This document shows, one piece after another, positions 39,695 to 49,092 of a DNA stretch of 64,000 nt. The position numbers and the translations under genes were made by a program. This stretch comes from Rhodothermales bacterium (GTDB taxonomy: Bacteria > Bacteroidota > Rhodothermia > Rhodothermales > BA12). Location: positions 1,109,793-1,173,792 of the forward strand of contig CAWJEJ010000001.1 in assembly GCA_963841855.1 (NCBI GenBank), in the 5' to 3' direction. Below the pieces are notes generated by a model that made no database searches, had not been told where the DNA came from, and saw only the letters and a list, made by a program, of their open reading frames with translations. Within the stretch, counting starts at the first letter, position 1, and each line of letters opens with the position of its first letter.

Positions 39695-39927
39695 CGGCCT
39701 GATCTCGGTCCGGCGATAAAGACGCAGAGTAGAGAGAGCGTAAAAGAGCCGTTCGTGTTTGAGCGAAGCGTCACAGACGCGAAGCGAGTTGAACGGGTCT
39801 AGAGAACGGAGCGCCGCGTCCGCCGGAGTGTCATCGACACGGAGCGAGTCCAGCCTTGATCTTTTGCTCTCTGGCGCCTGTCCTGAGCGTAGCCGCAGGG
39901 CATCAAGCTAAAAGAAGACCCCGCGCA
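39695..39927 (+). repeat. Intergenic mosaic repeat, copy A (upstream of the NFACT gene)
   Basis: It shares these blocks with copy B in the same order: cggcctgaYYYcggtccggcg, tgtttgagcga, ggagcgRRtccagccttgatcttttgct and atcaagcNaaaagaagRccccgcgca. Confidence 0.7.
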
Positions 39928-39939
39928 GCGAGAAAATCC

Positions 39940-41577
39940 ATGAACGCCACCTATTACGCCCTCCACGCCCTCACGACCGAGTGGCAAGACCTCATCGGCG
40001 CTCGCCTGACCGACGCGTTCACGCAGCAGCGCAACGAAATCACGCTGGCATTCGAGCAGCCCGGCGGCGAGCAGTGGCGCGTCCAAATAGGCACCAAACC
40101 TGTCTACCTGATGCGATTCGAGGGCTACAACCGCGCCCGCCGCAACACGACGACGCTGTTCGAAAGGGCGCACGGCCTGATCGTCTCCGCCGTCCGCGCG
40201 GCCGAGTTGGACCGCTTCGTCCTTATCGACCTGCGCAACGGCAGCGGCACGCGGATAGGCACGCTGCACCTGGTCCTGTTTGGCGGACGCGCCAACGCGC
40301 TGTGGTCCCGCGACGACGATACCGTCGCCGAAGCCTTCCGATACAGCGCCGATGTCGAAGGCGAACCGTTGCCTCAGCAGCGTCCCGCTCGCCTGCCATC
40401 CGACGCCGACGAACTGGCCGACAGATGGAAAGGCGACGATCCGGCTCGTGCCCTGCGCCGCGCTTGGCCGCTCTTCGACGACCTGCTCGCCAGCGAAGCC
40501 GTTCACCGCGCGGGTTTCGACACAGACGCTCCCGACTGGCCCGCCCTCCTCGCCGCTTGCCAAGCCGTCCACGCCCAGGCGCTCGCCGCCTCCTCACCCG
40601 GCATCCTGTGGCGCGGTAAAATCGCTCACGCCCTAACACTGGTCGTGCTCGAACAGCCGATGCCCGGCCTGCGACTCGAACCGATGCCCTCGGCCGACCG
40701 AGCCGTCCAGATCTTTACGCGCCGCACGCTCGGCCAAGACCGCTTCTCCGCCCGCTACGACAAGCTGCGCGCCCGCCTCCAACGCGCCTCGCACCAGGCC
40801 ACACGCCGCGTCGACCAGATGCTCGACGCGCTGAGCCAGCCGTCGCGCGCCGACGAGCACGAGAGCGCCGGTCACCTGCTCATGGCACAGTTGCACCGCG
40901 TCCAGATAGGTGCCGAGTCGGTCGAACTGGACGACTTGTTCGAGGGCGGCATGCGGACGATCGCGCTCGACCCGGCGCTGCCACCCGCTGCCAATGCCGA
41001 ACGCTACTACGCCCGCGCCCGAGCGTCGCGCCTGTCGTGGGCTACGTCGGAAGAGCGCTTCGACCGCTCGCACGAGGAAGCCGAACGCCTGTCGGCCACG
41101 CTTGCCGAGTTGGAAGCGGTCGAGACGCTCGAAGCGCTGGACGCGTTCGAGGTGGCGCATGGCGAGTGGGTGCGCGATTCGACGCCCGACGCCCAGGCCG
41201 AAAGCCTGCCCTACCGCACGTTCGACATCGGCAGCGGATACCAGGCGTGGGTGGGCAAGGGCGCGCATCAGAACGATAAACTGACGCTGCACCACGCCCG
41301 CCCGTTCGACGTGTGGCTGCACGCGCGCGGATCGCCCGGCTCGCACGTCATCGTCCGCGTCAAAGGCCGCGACGACGTGCCACCTGGGGTCGTCATGGAG
41401 CGCGCCGCCGCCTTGGCCGCGTGGTACAGCAAGCAGCGCGGAAGCAGCTTGGTGCCGGTCATCCACTCGCCGCGCAAGCACGTCCGCAAGCCCAAAGGCG
41501 CCCCGCCCGGATCCGTCCGCGTGCTGCGCGAGGAGACGCTGCTCGTCGCGCCCGGCGTATGGAAGCCAAACGGCTGA
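39940..41577 (+). CDS. NFACT-family RNA-binding protein (FbpA/RqcH-like, with NFACT-R/DUF814)
   Basis: ATG at 39940. The N-terminus is YYALHALTTEWQDLIGARLTDAFTQQRNEITLAF. The C-terminal DUF814 signature is GYQAWVGKGAHQNDKLT...DVWLHARGSPGSHVIV. Confidence 0.8.
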   Translation: MNATYYALHALTTEWQDLIGARLTDAFTQQRNEITLAFEQPGGEQWRVQIGTKPVYLMRFEGYNRARRNTTTLFERAHGLIVSAVRAAELDRFVLIDLRNGSGTRIGTLHLVLFGGRANALWSRDDDTVAEAFRYSADVEGEPLPQQRPARLPSDADELADRWKGDDPARALRRAWPLFDDLLASEAVHRAGFDTDAPDWPALLAACQAVHAQALAASSPGILWRGKIAHALTLVVLEQPMPGLRLEPMPSADRAVQIFTRRTLGQDRFSARYDKLRARLQRASHQATRRVDQMLDALSQPSRADEHESAGHLLMAQLHRVQIGAESVELDDLFEGGMRTIALDPALPPAANAERYYARARASRLSWATSEERFDRSHEEAERLSATLAELEAVETLEALDAFEVAHGEWVRDSTPDAQAESLPYRTFDIGSGYQAWVGKGAHQNDKLTLHHARPFDVWLHARGSPGSHVIVRVKGRDDVPPGVVMERAAALAAWYSKQRGSSLVPVIHSPRKHVRKPKGAPPGSVRVLREETLLVAPGVWKPNG

Positions 41578-41593
41578 CTTTTGATGAGGAGAC

Positions 41594-41776
41594 CGGCCTG
41601 ACTCCGGTCCGGCGTCTCGGATGCAGAGCGGAGGGCGCGTCAAGAGAAGCTGCTGTTTGAGCGAGCGCAGCGAGTGAGTTTGCAGGTTTTCAGCGACCGT
41701 AGCGGCGCATCAGCCGGAGCGGATCCAGCCTTGATCTTTTGCTTCTTTTCGATCAAGCGAAAAGAAGGCCCGCGCA
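41594..41776 (+). repeat. Intergenic mosaic repeat, copy B (downstream of the NFACT gene)
   Basis: It has the same block order as copy A and is about 50 nt shorter. It contains a perfect hairpin CTTCTTTTCG (41742-41751) / CGAAAAGAAG (41758-41767). Confidence 0.7.
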
Positions 41777-41916
41777 ACGACTGCACTCCAACTCGGGAGA
41801 CAGCGCACCGGCGGAGCTTGTCCCGTCGCAACATCGGCAGCGATGAGAACGCCGCCGCATGTAACGGCGCTACAGGGTCGGAAGTCGTATTCTGAATCTG
41901 TCTAAACCTCCCGCCC

Positions 41917-43311
41917 ATGCCCCGCCTCACCTTCTGGGGAGCCGCCCAGACCGTCACCGGCTCCAAACACCTGCTCGACCTCGCCAACGGCAGCCGACTG
42001 CTCCTCGACTGCGGACTCTTCCAAGGGCGCGGCGGAGAAGGCCGCAACGAGCAGTTTGGATTCAAAGCCGACACCATCGACGCCGTCGTCCTCAGTCACG
42101 CGCACATCGACCACATCGGCCTGCTGCCCAAGCTGTGGAAAGAGGGTTTTCGAGGCCGCGTCTATTGCACACATGCCACACGCGATCTGGCCGCGCTGCT
42201 ACTCCTCGACAGTGCGCACATTCAGGAGAAGGATGTGTACTACTACAACAAGCGTAGGGTCAGCCGAGGGCAAGAACCGGTCGACCCGCTCTACGAAACC
42301 GAGCACGCCGAAGAAGTCATCAAGCTGTTCGTCAGTCTCAACTACCACCAGCCGTTCGAGCCAGTGCCGGGCGTGACCGTCCACTTCCGCGACGCCGGAC
42401 ATATCCTGGGATCCGCCAGCGTCAACCTGTCGATAAGGGAGGAGGGCCGCACGGTCACGCTCGGATTCACGGGCGATGTCGGAAATCCGGGTCGGCCGAT
42501 TCTGCGCGATCCCGAGCCGATGGCCGACTGCGACTACGTCATCAGCGAGAGCACGTACGGCGGCAAGACGCACGCACCGAGTAGCGAGAGCAAAGAGGCG
42601 CTGCGCGAGATCATCGCTCGGACGGCCCAACGCGGCGGCAAAGTCATCATCCCGTCGTTCGCCGTCGGACGGACGCAGGAGATCGTCTACGCGCTCGATC
42701 AACTGGCAAACGAAGGCAGCCTGCCTGACATCCCGATGTACGTCGACAGCCCGCTCGCCGTCAACGCGACGAGCGTCTTTCTCGCCCATCCCGAGTGTTT
42801 CGACGCCGAGTTGAACGACTACATGCGGACCGATCCCAACCCGTTTGGCTGGGACCGCTTGCAGTACATCCGCAAGGCCGAAGGATCCAAGGAACTCAAC
42901 GAGCGGACGGACCCGATGGTCATCATCTCGGCCAGCGGCATGGCGACGGCGGGGCGCATCGTCCACCACCTGCGCAACAACGTCGAAAACCCCAAGACGA
43001 CCGTCATGATGGTCGGATACTGCGCCGAGGGCACGACAGGGCGCGACCTGATCGAAGGCGACAAGACGATCAAGCTCTTCGGCGACGAGTTCGAAGTCAA
43101 CGCCGAAGTCCAGGTGATGAACAGCTTCTCGGCCCACGCCGACGAACCCAGCATGGTCACCTTCCTATCGCATCTCGACCAGTCCAAGCTGCGCCAGACC
43201 TTCCTCGTGCATGGCGACAAGGAGCGGGCCGAAAAGCTCAAATCGGCGCTCAAAGACAAAGACTGGGGCGAAGTCATCATCCCCTCCCATGGGCAAACGT
43301 TCGACCTGTAG
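41917..43311 (+). CDS. MBL-fold beta-CASP ribonuclease-like hydrolase
   Basis: LTFWGAAQTVTGSKHLL, the HxHxDH motif (SHAHIDHIG) and beta-CASP / RNA-specificity C-terminal motifs (SAHAD). Confidence 0.85.
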   Translation: MPRLTFWGAAQTVTGSKHLLDLANGSRLLLDCGLFQGRGGEGRNEQFGFKADTIDAVVLSHAHIDHIGLLPKLWKEGFRGRVYCTHATRDLAALLLLDSAHIQEKDVYYYNKRRVSRGQEPVDPLYETEHAEEVIKLFVSLNYHQPFEPVPGVTVHFRDAGHILGSASVNLSIREEGRTVTLGFTGDVGNPGRPILRDPEPMADCDYVISESTYGGKTHAPSSESKEALREIIARTAQRGGKVIIPSFAVGRTQEIVYALDQLANEGSLPDIPMYVDSPLAVNATSVFLAHPECFDAELNDYMRTDPNPFGWDRLQYIRKAEGSKELNERTDPMVIISASGMATAGRIVHHLRNNVENPKTTVMMVGYCAEGTTGRDLIEGDKTIKLFGDEFEVNAEVQVMNSFSAHADEPSMVTFLSHLDQSKLRQTFLVHGDKERAEKLKSALKDKDWGEVIIPSHGQTFDL

Positions 43312-43395
43312 CGCCGCGCGTTTTACACGCTCTTCGTTGCGTGCGTGCCATCCATCGCTCTATATTTGCCGTCCGATTGGCCTTGTGCCCTGCTC

Positions 43396-43483
43396 GGAGG
43401 AGTGGGTGAGTGGCTGAAACCAGCACTTTGCTAAAGTGCCGTGCGTCTAAAGCGTACCGGGGGTTCGAATCCCCCCTCCTCCG
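43396..43483 (+). tRNA. tRNA-Ser (anticodon GCT), class II with long variable arm
   Basis: Manual fold: acceptor GGAGGAG/CTCCTCC, D stem GGT/ACC, anticodon stem GCACT/AGTGC with loop TTGCTAA, variable arm GTGCG..GCGTAC, and T arm GGGGG-TTCGAAT-CCCCC. Confidence 0.9.
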
Positions 43484-43487
43484 CACC

Positions 43488-43527
43488 AAAACGCCGCCCC
43501 GGACGCTGAGTCCGAGGCGGCGTTTTT
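43488..43527. terminator. Bidirectional rho-independent terminator
   Basis: AAAACGCCGCC ... GGCGGCGTTTTT has a U-tract on both strands. It lies between tRNA-Ser (+) and the stop of the minus-strand gene at 43543. Confidence 0.75.
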
Positions 43528-43542
43528 GCTTGGTTCGGTCGC

Positions 43543-44082
43543 TTACTGCGCGGACGGAAAATCGTCGGGACGGCAGAACGCGCCGCCTTGATTGGAGACG
43601 TACAGCGCAATGTGAGGCGCAACGTCAGCTGGCAGATTCTCCCGCGCGAAAAACAGCGTTACGGTTCGCCCATCATCGCTGTCGGAGCACTCGCTCCACT
43701 GCTGCATGAGCACGCCGGGCTGAGGCTCGCCGCTCACGTACTTCCATCTGGAAAGCGCGCTGGGCAACGCCTCTGACACGATGGTGTGGATCATGGACAG
43801 ATCATCGAGTGACGTGTATTCGTCCGCGTTGAGGCGGAGCAGATGAGTGGAGATGTCAGCTCCGCGCTCTTCGATGATACCGATGCCCCACGGCGTGAAC
43901 CGTGCGTGACTGAACCACACGTTTGGATCTGGGCTATCGCCGCGTAGCGCCGCGAATCTATCCTCGGCATGCGACAAGAGGTAAGCCACCTGCGCGTCGG
44001 GATTGGTGTCGCCAAGACGTGGTAGATCGGCGGGCTGGGCGAGGACGGGTGTGGCGAGTAGGAGCAGCAGCAGGAAGCGCAT
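43543..44082 (-). CDS. Secreted hypothetical protein (179 aa)
   Basis: The ATG at 44082 gives a signal peptide (MRFLLLLLLATPVLAQ). No family recognised. Confidence 0.5.
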   Translation of the reverse strand: MRFLLLLLLATPVLAQPADLPRLGDTNPDAQVAYLLSHAEDRFAALRGDSPDPNVWFSHARFTPWGIGIIEERGADISTHLLRLNADEYTSLDDLSMIHTIVSEALPSALSRWKYVSGEPQPGVLMQQWSECSDSDDGRTVTLFFARENLPADVAPHIALYVSNQGGAFCRPDDFPSAQ

Positions 44083-44169
44083 CGCGGTGTGGTGTCGAAG
44101 TGGATGGCTCAACGTAGCCGGGATCTCGCGCCGTCGCCTCCCCGAATCCGGGTAGATCGGCACAGCTCC

Positions 44170-44211
44170 AAAAAAGATCGCCGCCTCAGACCAGAGTCCG
44201 AGGCGGCGATC
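44170..44211 (-). terminator. Rho-independent terminator (minus strand)
   Basis: On the minus strand, GATCGCCGCCTC-ggactctggtct-GAGGCGGCGATC is followed by TTTTTTGG. It lies just downstream of the lipoprotein stop at 44230. Confidence 0.7.
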
Positions 44212-44229
44212 GTCGTCTAGCACCGAGTG

Positions 44230-44859
44230 TCAGTTGATGACGACGGGATAGACGAAGTCGACGTCGTTTTCGACGACGCCCGAACGCTCCGGCGCAGTCG
44301 CGGTGTCGTTGCGCTTGTCGGCCGGGAGGTTGGCGTCCTCCTCGTAGTGACGCAGCTTGACGCGGAATGTGCCCGTGTCGCCGACGCCATCGGTCACGAC
44401 GATGCGGAACAGCAGGCCGAGCGGATCGCCAGCGCCTTGTGGGCTATCGTTGTCTAGAATCGTCACGGCGACGTTATCGCTCACGTCTCCTTCGGCAGTG
44501 TAGAAGAAGCGGTGCGCGTCCGGCTCCTCGTCGCGAATCTCGGCCGTGATGCTCTCGGGCGGCGTCTCCGTCGTGTTCTGCAGGTCGATGGAGACGTCGT
44601 AGGTCGTGCCGGGCATGAGGTTGAGCGTGGCGGCGTTCAGGAAGACACCGCGCTCGTCGAAGTTGGCGTCGACCGAGAACTCAGAGCCACCACCCTGAGG
44701 TGTGAGCGTGAGACGGACGAGGGTGATGACTTCGACTTCGCCTGCACCGTCTTCCTCGTCGGGATCGTTGCTGTCACACGCGGTGGCGAGCAGCAGAGCC
44801 GCGAGAAGCGGAAGTAGAGCGAAGCGCCGAAGCGTGCGGTAGGAAAGCGTGGTACGCAT
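44230..44859 (-). CDS. Lipoprotein of unknown function, TonB-receptor-associated
   Basis: Lipobox (LLLATACDSN) and a predicted beta-rich acidic protein, immediately downstream of the TonB-dependent receptor. Confidence 0.6.
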   Translation of the reverse strand: MRTTLSYRTLRRFALLPLLAALLLATACDSNDPDEEDGAGEVEVITLVRLTLTPQGGGSEFSVDANFDERGVFLNAATLNLMPGTTYDVSIDLQNTTETPPESITAEIRDEEPDAHRFFYTAEGDVSDNVAVTILDNDSPQGAGDPLGLLFRIVVTDGVGDTGTFRVKLRHYEEDANLPADKRNDTATAPERSGVVENDVDFVYPVVIN

Positions 44860-44961
44860 GGTGTTGGGAGTTGGGTTGGTTGGATTGGGTGAGGTGGTAG
44901 GGACGACGCGTGCGTCACCCAGAACTTGTCGCCGCCGATTCGCGACGTCAATTGAGAGAGG

Positions 44962-47343
44962 TCAGTCGTGGTGGTCGCCGCGTCCGAGCGGCACGTCGAC
45001 GCGGAAAGAGACGTTGCGGCCCGCATCGTGCGCGAACAGGCGGTAGCGGCTCAGCGCGTCGCGATACGCCGTGTCGAACAGGTTGTCGACGCCCAGGCTG
45101 ACGCGGACCGGACGCCCCCTGCCCATCGCCACGTCGGTCTGCACGCGGGCTGACCAGAGCGTATAGGCCGGAGGCGGATCGGCATAGCCCAACGCGACGA
45201 CGGCTCCCGTATCGTCAGTCGTCGTCGGAAAACGCGTTTGGCGAAGGACGTGCGTTGCCTCAATCGTCGCCGAAGGTCCGCGCAGCACAGAGAGGTTGGG
45301 CAGTGCGTATTCGGCCGACAACCGAACGCGGTCGGACGGCATCTCGAACAGCGGTTGGTCCCGTCCGCGATCCGTACCGCGCAAAAGGGAAAACGCGCCG
45401 CCCAGCGTCACACGCGACACGTCGACTTCGAGCCCGCCGTCGGCGCCGATCAGGAGCGCGTCGGTCTGCTCATGGGCAAAAGCGGGGAAGACGCCGCGAA
45501 TGGTCACGACGATGCGCTCTTGGGGAAGCAGCAGCAGGTAATCATCGATCTGGTTGGCGTAAACGCTCGCCTCGCCGCGCACGTGGGCCGACTGGTGGCG
45601 GAGCGTCGCGTCGATCCCGTAGCTGCGCTCGGCGCCCAAGTCCGCGTTGCCGAACTCGAACTGGCCCGTTCCATGGTGCACGCCGTAGCTGAACAGCTCG
45701 TTGGGCCCGGGCGGACGCCACGCCAGCGACGCATTGCCTCCTATCGACCACGCGTCGTCGAAGCGCCACAGTGCGCCTACAGCAGCGCTCGCACCGTTCC
45801 ACGCTCGGTCAGTCCGCTCGAAATCGCCTCTGCCGCCGAATGCGCGCGGGTGGGCGATGAGATCGTGAGCCTCCCACCTCAGGCCAGCTTCGAGCGTTAC
45901 GTCTCCGCGCGTCCACAGCCCGCGGCCGAACGCGCCGCCCGACACCATGCGGCTGTTGGGCACCAGGTAACCGACAGCGTTCGTATTCCCCTGCGTCTCG
46001 CCCGACAGCCCAACCGTCCACAGCGCGTCGCCGCCGGCCAGTGCGACCGGACGATGGCGGTAGACGGCGTCGAGCGTGTGCGTCTGCAACGTCAGGTCGA
46101 TCTGCGGACGCGCCAGAGGGTCGCGCCCGGCCAGCCGGTCCGAATCGAACTCGCGGCGACGGTTCTGCTGATAGCCATACTGTACCTGCGCGCTCGCACC
46201 GCCGGGCAGCTTGCGACGCAGACGGACGGCCGTCAGATCATGCGCGACGACCTGCTTGGGCGCGTCGATGGCATAGTCGAACTGGTAGTCGACGCTGGGA
46301 CGGCCGGTCGCGATGACTTCGTCGAGGGCGGCAAACGTGTTGAAGTGCGAGCCTCGGTAGATGCCCAAATCGGTGCGGTAGGCGCTCGCGTGAGCTTCGA
46401 TTTCCCAGTCGCCGCGCACGTAGGCCGCCGCGACTTCGCCTGCGCGCTCGAAAAACGCCGTGTTGCCCAGCACGTAATCGGGCGTCCGCGCATCGCCCGC
46501 ACGCCGCAAGCTCACCTGAGCACGTACGCCCAGCCCGGGAATCGCAGACGATGCCCCTTCGATCGCCGCCGTGCCTGCAAGCTGTTCGCTGTTCGAGAAC
46601 GCGTTGAGCGCGACACGTCCGCCCCATCCCGGCGATGTCGGCAGCGCCGCGTCTTCCAACCGAACGACGCCGCCAATCGCCCCAGCGCCATATTCGACTC
46701 CCGCCGCGCCGCGCACGACTTCGACGCGCGCCGGAGCGAACGGATCGACTTCGGGTGCGTGCTCGGCGCCCCACTGCTGCCCCTGCATCACGATCCCGCT
46801 GCGCACGACGACGACGCGGTCCGAGTGCAGCCCGCGGATGACCGGTTTGCTGATGCTCGGCCCCGTCGCCAGGCTCGCCACGCCGGGCACGCGTTCGAGC
46901 GTCTGCCCGAGCGTCTGCCCTCTCACGTCGGCTAACTCGGCGGCGTCCAACCGCGCGACCGACTGCGAACTGCGCTCCAACGCTTCCTCAGCAGTGTCTT
47001 CGGTCACCACCACCTCGCCCGCTTCATCGACTTCGGCCACCATCTCGAACCGAACCGATACATCGCCAGACCGCAGATCGACGACGCGCCGAATCGACTC
47101 GAAGCCGACGAATCGCACGTGAATGGTCAGCGTGTCGGAAGGCAACTGAGCCAGACGAAATTGCCCATCCGCACCAGCCAGAGCGCCGACCGAGAGACGC
47201 GGCACCGTCACGGTCGCGCCGGGCAGCGACGTGCCATCGGAGGCAACGATCGAACCGGTCAGCGTGCGGATAGAGGTCTGTGCAGACGCCCCAATAGGAA
47301 CGCAGGCCGCGCACAAAGCGGCCAAGAGAAAGAGCGAGCGCAT
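44962..47343 (-). CDS. TonB-dependent receptor with N-terminal CarboxypepD_reg domain
   Basis: The ATG at 47343 gives a signal peptide. It has LTGSIVASDGTSLPGATVTV..GQFRL, a plug domain (VPGVASLATGPSISKPVIRGL..RVEVVRGAAGVEYG) and a C-terminal barrel. Confidence 0.9.
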   Translation of the reverse strand: MRSLFLLAALCAACVPIGASAQTSIRTLTGSIVASDGTSLPGATVTVPRLSVGALAGADGQFRLAQLPSDTLTIHVRFVGFESIRRVVDLRSGDVSVRFEMVAEVDEAGEVVVTEDTAEEALERSSQSVARLDAAELADVRGQTLGQTLERVPGVASLATGPSISKPVIRGLHSDRVVVVRSGIVMQGQQWGAEHAPEVDPFAPARVEVVRGAAGVEYGAGAIGGVVRLEDAALPTSPGWGGRVALNAFSNSEQLAGTAAIEGASSAIPGLGVRAQVSLRRAGDARTPDYVLGNTAFFERAGEVAAAYVRGDWEIEAHASAYRTDLGIYRGSHFNTFAALDEVIATGRPSVDYQFDYAIDAPKQVVAHDLTAVRLRRKLPGGASAQVQYGYQQNRRREFDSDRLAGRDPLARPQIDLTLQTHTLDAVYRHRPVALAGGDALWTVGLSGETQGNTNAVGYLVPNSRMVSGGAFGRGLWTRGDVTLEAGLRWEAHDLIAHPRAFGGRGDFERTDRAWNGASAAVGALWRFDDAWSIGGNASLAWRPPGPNELFSYGVHHGTGQFEFGNADLGAERSYGIDATLRHQSAHVRGEASVYANQIDDYLLLLPQERIVVTIRGVFPAFAHEQTDALLIGADGGLEVDVSRVTLGGAFSLLRGTDRGRDQPLFEMPSDRVRLSAEYALPNLSVLRGPSATIEATHVLRQTRFPTTTDDTGAVVALGYADPPPAYTLWSARVQTDVAMGRGRPVRVSLGVDNLFDTAYRDALSRYRLFAHDAGRNVSFRVDVPLGRGDHHD

Positions 47344-47457
47344 CGAACGATCTGATCCCGAACGCCCCAGGCGAGGGGCATCGGCGGCGAGACTACGCGC
47401 GGATGGCATCGGCCAAACGCGCACTCATCGGCACGCCGCCATCCGCTCAGCGCAGAC

Positions 47458-47814
47458 TCAGGCGTATCCGTTCGCACGTGCGGGTGGACCTCGGTCGCTC
47501 GGCTGCTCAGCCGCTGCATTCACCCAAATCGAAGCCGTCTCAACGTCGACGCTGGCAGACTGCGTGGCACCGGCAAACACGATGTCGCTCGCAACCAGCG
47601 CAGCCAAGGAGACGGCGCACAGGCACGGCCCATGATCGGCCGCCTGCTCGTGAACCAGCGCACCCTCATACTCCGAACCGTCGGCGTGGACAGCGTCGTG
47701 GTGCTGATGCGCATGGTCGATCTCGTGCGCGACCGGCGCCGCCACTCCGCCGATCCCAAACAGGATCAGGAGCAAAAGGGCAAACGCAGGACGCAAGGTC
47801 GACATAAGTGGCAT
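47458..47814 (-). CDS. Small His-rich exported/membrane protein (118 aa)
   Basis: The ATG at 47814 (or 47805) gives a hydrophobic N-terminus (LRPAFALLLLILFGIGGVAAPV), followed by HEIDHAHQHHDAVHADGSEYEGALVHEQAADHGPCLC. Confidence 0.5.
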   Translation of the reverse strand: MPLMSTLRPAFALLLLILFGIGGVAAPVAHEIDHAHQHHDAVHADGSEYEGALVHEQAADHGPCLCAVSLAALVASDIVFAGATQSASVDVETASIWVNAAAEQPSDRGPPARANGYA

Positions 47815-47882
47815 ACACGATGGAAAGCGGAACGGGTTTCGGTCCTGCCACGCTTCGCACAGTTGGAGACGAACAGACCGTG

Positions 47883-49088
47883 CTACTCGTCCTGCACGAT
47901 CACGTGACCACAAAACTGACTGTCGGCTCCCAGGATCACTCCGCCACGCCGAAAGCCGATGGCGACGGGCTCCCCATGAACGACGAAGAGTCCCGTCTGG
48001 TACAACCGCATCCGTTCGTCGTGCGGGAGATCGGCGAACGCCTGATACACGCGCGGATAGACCGCATTGTCGCCCTCTGGACTGCGCTCCATCTGCTCGC
48101 CGTTGGGCGCGTAGACGACCACGCTCTGCCCCTCGCGTCCGAAGTAGGGTTTCTCGACGTGCTGCTCTCCCGATAGCGGCGTCCGGTCGGCGTGGAGCAG
48201 GTATTCGTGAGGGCCTTCGCGCTTCCACACCTCGGCGAGGAGCGCTTTGCTCTGCATCAGCAGGCTGTAGGGCGGGTTGGCGATGGTGACGAGGCGGCCA
48301 AAGAGCAGGCGCTCAATCCGCTTGAGCAGTTCGGGTTCGTCCTCGACCAAGAACTCCCACGGGATCAGCTTGATGACGAAATCGCATCTGTACCACTCGT
48401 CGCCATCCAGCACGAACACGCCTTCGTCGGCCCACGTCACGTCGTGGAGCGGGGCCAGGTGCGTTTGGAATCCGGCTTCTTGGGCGGCAGCGTCCATCAC
48501 GGCGAGGTTGGCGGTGTCCTCGCGGAGCCCGTCGAGGTAGGTGAGCAGGACGATGGGCTGCTTGTCCTGTGCCGCGCGGTCCTGCCACAGGTCGGCGTTG
48601 TTGGCTTTCCAGACGCCGAGGGCTTGCACCAGACGCTCGTAGAGCAGATTGAACTGCATGGACTCGTCGCGCCCGTTGGCTTTGAGCAGCGCCCACTGCA
48701 AAATGCTCGTCTCGGGCAGCGTGACCGGCGTGTCGGCGTTGAACTCGATCAGGCGCGGCACCTCACCACCGATCCCGCCCGCCAGGTCGAAGCGTCCGTA
48801 GAGCGGCATGTGGCGCTCGTCCTCCCACGTCATCCGGATCATCGCGTGCATCGATTCGGGAATGCCGCACTCGGCCATCCGATCTTGCGCAATGACTGCA
48901 TCCGCTGCGTCGACGAGCATGTGGTACAGCGTCTCGCCCGCCAGATACAGTCGTTCGGCTTCGTCCTCGGTCATCTCGACCACTTCGGACTGAAAATAGT
49001 CGGATGCGCCTTCCTTGGTCAGCCACTTCCACTCGGGCACCTGAACGTCGGCATCGGCGAACGGCGACAGGCGCTGCGTCGTCACCAT
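47883..49088 (-). CDS. Glutathionylspermidine-synthase-family ATP-grasp protein (YgiC-like)
   Basis: ATG at 49088. RFDLAGG...RLIEFNADTPVTLPE, KLIPWEF and EKPYFGREGQSV match the GspS/YgiC family. Confidence 0.8.
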   Translation of the reverse strand: MVTTQRLSPFADADVQVPEWKWLTKEGASDYFQSEVVEMTEDEAERLYLAGETLYHMLVDAADAVIAQDRMAECGIPESMHAMIRMTWEDERHMPLYGRFDLAGGIGGEVPRLIEFNADTPVTLPETSILQWALLKANGRDESMQFNLLYERLVQALGVWKANNADLWQDRAAQDKQPIVLLTYLDGLREDTANLAVMDAAAQEAGFQTHLAPLHDVTWADEGVFVLDGDEWYRCDFVIKLIPWEFLVEDEPELLKRIERLLFGRLVTIANPPYSLLMQSKALLAEVWKREGPHEYLLHADRTPLSGEQHVEKPYFGREGQSVVVYAPNGEQMERSPEGDNAVYPRVYQAFADLPHDERMRLYQTGLFVVHGEPVAIGFRRGGVILGADSQFCGHVIVQDE

Positions 49089-49092
49089 CGGT

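Noticed and set aside
43396-44230. tRNA-Ser as a possible integration site for a genomic island.
   Set aside because: I find no integrase, no direct repeat of the tRNA 3' end downstream and no compositional shift. The tRNA is followed by a bidirectional terminator and ordinary-looking genes.
45238-46935. A 565-aa plus-strand ORF.
   Set aside because: It is antisense to the TonB-dependent receptor, whose plug and barrel motifs are unambiguous. The product is Arg-rich and low in complexity.
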